A stretch of DNA of 64,000 nucleotides. It comes from the human T2T-CHM13v2.0 reference genome, Homo sapiens. Below the pieces are notes generated by a model, which was given only the letters and a program-made list of their open reading frames with translations, was not told where the DNA came from and did no database searches. Position numbers and translations under genes: made by a program. Below, in pieces: positions 1 through 64,000 of the stretch. Positions within the stretch are counted from its first letter, which is position 1. Each line of letters opens with the position of its first letter. The stretch lies in the NCBI RefSeq assembly GCF_009914755.1, contig NC_060943.1, one strand, 5' to 3'.

Positions 1-19
1 TGCGGAAAGGGCTTTTTTG

Positions 20-970
20 TCAATTTTTTGAACTTGGTAAATCAGACATCACGTGAAATTTACCATCTTAACCATTTGTAAATATTCAGTTCAGCGGCGG
101 TAAGTACATTCACATATTCGCATTGTTATGCAAACGCCACCACCATACATCTCCAGAACTCTTTCATTTTGCCAAACTGAGACTCTGTCCCCATGAAACA
201 CTCACTCCCCATTCCCCCTCTTGCAAGCCCTGAACTCACCCCATTCCACTTTTTTTTTTTTTTTTTTTTTTGAGACAGGGTCTTGCTCTGTCACCCAGCT
301 AGAGTGGTATAATCATAGCTTACTGCAGCCTCAAACTCCTAGGCTCAAGTGATCCTTCCTCGGCCTCCCGAGTAGCTGGAACCACAGGTGCACACTACCA
401 TGCCTGGCTAATTTTTGTATTTTTTGTAGAGACAAGGTTTTGCCATGTTGCTCAGGCTAGTCTCGAACTCCTGAGCTCAGGCAATCTGCTCACCTTGGTC
501 TCCCAAAGTGTTGGGATTACAGGTGTAAGCCACCATGCCTGGCCCATTCTATTTTCTGTCTCTATCATTTTTGACTAAGTGCCTCATATAAGTGAAATTA
601 GACATTATTTGTCTTTTTGTGACTGGCTTATTTCGCATAGTATAAAGTCCTCATGGTTCATCCACATAGTAGCATGTGTCAGAATTTCCTTCCTTTTCAA
701 GGCTGAGTAATATTCCATTTTCTGGATGTACCACATTTTGCTTATCCATCCATCCTTCAGTAGACACTTGGGTTGCTTCCAGCTTTTGGCTATTGTGCAT
801 AATGCTTCTTTGAACATGGGTGTGCAAATATCTCTTCAAGACGCTGCTTTCAATTCTTTCGGGTATATACCCAGAAGTGGACTTGCTGGATCGTATGGTA
901 ATTCTGTTTTTAACTTTTTTGAAGAACCACCATACTGTTTTCCATAACAGCTGCAGCATTTTATAAGGAA
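20..970 (-). mobile_element. Old LINE-1 (L1M-type) 3' fragment interrupted by an Alu (~249-545)
   Basis: Minus-strand ORF2 C-terminal relic ([11 protein letters not shown]...WISKMWYI...EYYSA) plus L1 3'UTR-like sequence. Confidence 0.85.
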
Positions 971-1198
971 ATATCATGTTGTTGCACACCCAGCCCAAAG
1001 GGAAAATAGCATGAGCTAGAACCGGAATCTCCCTAGAGGCCCAGATCATTGGTGAACTTGCCCCAGAATTTTTCTCAGTCAAAAGGAAAACTTAAGAAAA
1101 CCCACCCAGCCCAGGATGAGGCAAATGTCAGGAATGTTTTGAGCCACAGTTCATGTGGGGGCTTCTGTGTCCAAACAGAAAATCTTTTTGTTAGTTGA

Positions 1199-1582
<384 letters not shown>

Positions 1583-2063
1583 TAGTCAACCATCCTTATT
1601 CATGTCTTCTCCTTCACGTTGATGATTCTGATGGGAAAATGAAACTGACAGGCTTATGTAAATATCCAGCTGATTTTCCTATTAAGCTTTTTGGCAGTGA
1701 AGCATTGGGAGTGTAGCTGGTCAGAATTAAGTTGTGCAGGAAGGGTGTGACATACACACTAAATTGTGAAGACTTAGCACATGAGAAAAAAGAACATACA
1801 CGGTCTCAGTACCTTACTGCAGCCTCAAACGCTGAGGTTTAGGCGATCCTACCACCACAGCCCCCTGAGTAGCTGAGACTGTAGTTGCACACCACCACAC
1901 CCAGCTAGTTTTTTGGTTTTATTTTTTGTAGAGACAGGGTCTTGCTATGTTGCCCAGGCTGGTCCTGAACTCCTGGCCTCAAGTGATCCTCCCACGTTGG
2001 CCTCTCAGTCATTTTTATGTCAGTTACACATTAACGTGATCACATTTTAGATACACAGGGTTA

Positions 2064-2234
<171 letters not shown>

Positions 2235-2503
2235 TCAAAAAAAAAAAAATTAATTAATTTCACCTTTTTTTTTACTTTTTACATGTGATTATTAGAAAAT
2301 TTGAGGCTGGGCATGGTGGCTCATGCTAACAATACCAGTGGTTTGGGAAGCCAAGGTAAGAGGATTGCTTTAGGTCAGGAGTTCAAGGCTGCAGTGACCT
2401 ATGATCACAACACTGTACCCCATCCTGGGCAACAGAGTAAGACCCTGTCTCTAAAAAAAAAAAATTTGAGATGGAGTTTCTGCGAAAAAAAATTTTTTTA
2501 TTA

Positions 2504-3232
<729 letters not shown>

Positions 3233-3374
3233 TAAAGTGCCATGCTGTGATCAGTATTTAAGAATGTGCATTCTTGTTTCCTGTTTACAATCATTCATTT
3301 ATCTAGTAAGTTTATGTAACTATTAATGTATTCATATTGATTTACTCATATGCATTTTGTTACTGATATATTTA

Positions 3375-3835
3375 TGTTTTTTTTTTTCACTTTGAAGTTC
3401 AGGGGTACATGTGCAGATTTGTTACATAGGTAAACTTGTGTCATGGGGGTTTGTTGTACAGATTATTTCATCACCCAGGTATTAAACCTAGTACCCACTA
3501 GTTATTTTTCCTGATCCGCTCACTCCTCCCACCCTCCACCCTCCAATAGGCCCCAGTGTGTGTTGTTCCCCTCTATGTGTCCATGTGTTCTCATCATTTG
3601 GCTCCCTCTTATAAATAAGAACATGCAATATTTGGTTTTCTGTTCCTGCATTAGTATGCTAAGGGTAATGGCCTCCAGCTCCATCCATGTTCCTGCAAAG
3701 GACATGACCTCATTCCTTTTTTATGGCTGGGTAGTATTCCTTGATGTATATGCACCACATTTGCTTTATCCATTAGTGGGCATTTAGATTACTTATTTGT
3801 TATTGTGAATAGTGCTGCAAAGAACACACACATGC
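3375..3835 (-). mobile_element. L1PA-type LINE-1 3' end
   Basis: Poly(T) followed by ggggtacatgtgcagatttgttacatagg...; FAGTWMELEAI relic. Confidence 0.9.
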
Positions 3836-3884
3836 AGATACATTTATATGTAAACATGCCTATTGATACATAAATATGTTCCTA

Positions 3885-4745
<861 letters not shown>

Positions 4746-4819
4746 TATGCAATATATGTTATGTAGATATTACATATCTGGGAGATAAGAAACTTACCGA
4801 CCCCGCGCCACCCCTGCAG

Positions 4820-49183
<44,364 letters not shown>

Positions 49184-50140
49184 GAGCCACAGCTGACAAA
49201 GTCTGCATGTCCGAGGACGGCCCCTGCACTGGAGCTGGGCGCCAGAGCTGCAGAGCTAGTGTTCGGCCCTCAGAGAAGGATCCAGAATCAAAAGCTCAAG
49301 AGTGACGTGAGGTGGGCACCGGCCCCAAGTGCAGAGTCAAGGCAGGGAGAGGCCGGCTGGAGCCAGGCCCCCTCGCACGCAGCCCCCAAATCATGGACGC
49401 ACCTGTGGGGAGCACCACATCTCCACCTGCGGCCTCACATCTCCCCACTCCCCTTTTTGTACGTTTAACTGTTTCTTTGTACGTGGTTTACGTAACTTTA
49501 AACTGTAACAGCCTTAATGGAAGACCAAATGGTTTTTTATATGTGTATGTACAAAGTTTTCTATTAACGCTGCCCGTCTCCCTTATAACCTGGACGTGAG
49601 CTGTCAGAGCAGAAGCCACTAGGCCACTGCGCGTCTGAGGCTCAGACCCTGCTGTGGTTGGCTTGGGGTGGCCAATGGGCTGGGACCCTCCATGAGAGTT
49701 TTGGACACTTGGGTCACCTGACCCGTGCCTCTCTGACACATGTCTCCGGGGGGCAGCCACCTGGCCAATGTGCATTTTTGCACATGCTGGAACCTTCCAT
49801 GGGGGTCTGGGCTATTGGCTGGAGCCAGGACATGAGTCAGGGGCACCATGGACCTCACGTGCCAGGGAGACTTGAATGTGGCTGTCACTCTTCCGGACGC
49901 CAAGGGCTGCAGGAGGCTGCTTTTGGCACTACCCACCCCGTGTGACAGAATAGGAGCCAGCGACTCAGGACTGCTCACGGGTCAGGAGGGCAACGCCTGA
50001 AGTCAGACCTCCCTATAGGTCAACAGGGACAACCTGGGGATCTCTGGAGCAGGGCCCTCCTCTCTCAGGCTTGGCCCACTCCCCCAGACACCTGGACACG
50101 TGGCCACAAATCTGGGACAAGGGGCCCCCGCACAGCATGA

Positions 50141-50146
50141 AATAAA
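50141..50146 (+). terminator. AATAAA poly(A) signal, probable distal MYO9B 3' end
   Basis: First canonical hexamer I found after the stop; GT-rich sequence follows. Confidence 0.6.
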
Positions 50147-50584
50147 AAGTGCCTGAGAAGTGTGTGCATGGGACGCCTGCTCATATGGGATCGGGCTTGG
50201 AAGAACAGGGCCGGTGGGTGGGGGTCTGCCCTGTGGCCTCAGCCAAGAAGGGTGCAGAATATGGGTGGAACACTGTCCTCAAAGTTCTGTCTTGATCCTC
50301 CACCAAACAGGGAGCTCCCAGCAGAGCCTCACTTGGCCAGGAGCGCCTGCTGTCCTGGCAGCCCTCTCTGGCCTCCCTGATTCAGTGCCCAGCCTCTGGA
50401 GCCTAAATGTCAGCTGCAGCAGCCACCCATCCAGCAGAGGTGGCCAGTTCCTGGTGGGCCCAGCAGGACAGGAACAGATGGGCTCCCAGGCTGCCATCGG
50501 ATGGGAGTCGTGGGAACTGGCTGGCTGGTATTGGTTGGGGCACCGTGAAGAACCCAAGTTCAGACAGCACATGCCAGAGGTTGA

Positions 50585-51371
<787 letters not shown>

Positions 51372-52239
51372 TAAGGTGTGGGAAAACATGAAGGCTGCAT
51401 GCCAGGCCCTGGTTCCTGTGAAGCCCCCACCCTCATCCTGTCACTCCAGAAGAGAGGCACTGCAAGGCATAGGGGTACTCAGCTTCCAGGTACTGAGGTG
51501 GGCTGGGAAGGGGTTCTCCATGGGGGTCTGGGCGTTAGGGGGGACCCAGCCCCACCTTGCTCACTCTCAGGCAGAGCTGTCTCATGTGCCCCTTGAGGCA
51601 GGTACTGTCACACTGTCCATTTCCCGGGGGAAGAAGCGGATCCAGAAAAGTTAAACTCTCCCAGGGCCGAGGATGGAATCAGAGCTGGAGCTGTGACCTG
51701 GAAACCCATAACCACAATACAGATGAGCCCTGCTGAGGTGGGGGAAGCCTTGGATTCCTGAATCCCAGGCTACAGAAATCGGGAAGGGTGTGTGGACGTG
51801 AAATAGCTCCGACTGGGAAGAATCCAGGTAGGAGTGGGGTGCGGGGAGGTACTTTGAGCAGGCAAAACAGAACAAAAGGGCACACTGCACGCGGGTCTGA
51901 CACCAGAAGACCCCGGTCGTCCTATCATTCCCGAAGGGTTAACATGCTCTCGAGGAAAAGCAAGTGATTCGCCTAAGTAAGAATGGGGTGGCGCCTCTCC
52001 TATTTTTTTAAAATAGAGATAGAGTAGCGCTATCTTGCCCGGGCTGGCCTCAAGCAATCCTTTCCCACCTCTGCCTCCTAAAATGCTGGCATTACAGCCC
52101 TGAGCCACCGCGCCCGGCCCAGCGCCCCGTCTCAAAACAAGATATTACTTCCGCTCCAAACAAAGATGGGCCAGCTAACGAGCGCGGGGGAAACATCCGC
52201 CCGGAAGGCCACTTGAAGGCACTTCCGCCCTCTCTTAAC

Positions 52240-52266
52240 ATGGAGCCGGCGGAAGGGGTGGTGTAG
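52240..52266 (+). other. uORF (MEPAEGVV*) in frame with the USE1 start
   Basis: aacATGG strong Kozak context, TAG at 52264-52266, 39 nt upstream of the main ATG. Confidence 0.55.
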
Positions 52267-52278
52267 GGCCGGGCGATA

Positions 52279-56687
<4,409 letters not shown>

Positions 56688-56837
56688 AGACCCCCGCCCA
56701 CCTTGTCTGTCTTCCGTCTGTCCCCTGCCCCCATCTAGCAGTGCCTTTCAGGCTGGCCAATGAGATGGGAGGGTTTTTGGAGGTCCCTGAAGAGCCACAG
56801 ACAGACAGTGCATGAGCAGGGGAAGAACCACCTCAGG

Positions 56838-64000
<7,163 letters not shown>

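Noticed and set aside
605-1082. ORFs resembling LINE-1 ORF2; also the LFADDM motif near 60540
   Set aside because: Short, frameshifted fossils interrupted by Alus; not an active reverse transcriptase

Overview
Human (primate) genomic DNA that is very Alu-dense and GC-rich. The gene order MYO9B-USE1-OCEL1 places it on chr19p13.1. All three genes are on the + strand. (1) The 3' part of MYO9B (myosin IXb): 30 coding exons traced by hand from 4820 to the stop at 49183. They total 4803 nt in frame, about residues 558-2157: motor C-terminal half with the class-IX loop-2 insert, IQ motifs, tail, C1 zinc finger, RhoGAP and Pro-rich end. (2) The complete USE1 (ER Qc-SNARE): 8 exons, 780 nt, 259 aa. 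(3) The first three coding exons of OCEL1. Most ORFs in the supplied track are Alu, L1 or simple-repeat artefacts. The most notable signal is three candidate exons hidden in the MYO9B loop-2 introns that are not in the canonical protein as I recall it. They are a 90-nt acidic cassette, a 15-nt microexon, and a 28-nt exon whose phase makes it mutually exclusive with the Lys-rich 40-nt exon. Together they could tune the charge of the actin-tethering loop. Other points: two GC-AG introns, an RBFOX/QKI motif cluster, an in-frame USE1 uORF, a USE1 poly(A) signal fused to the stop codon, a 30-bp minisatellite and an AT-rich palindromic insertion. Exon numbers, residue numbers and repeat subfamily names are from memory, not from database searches.
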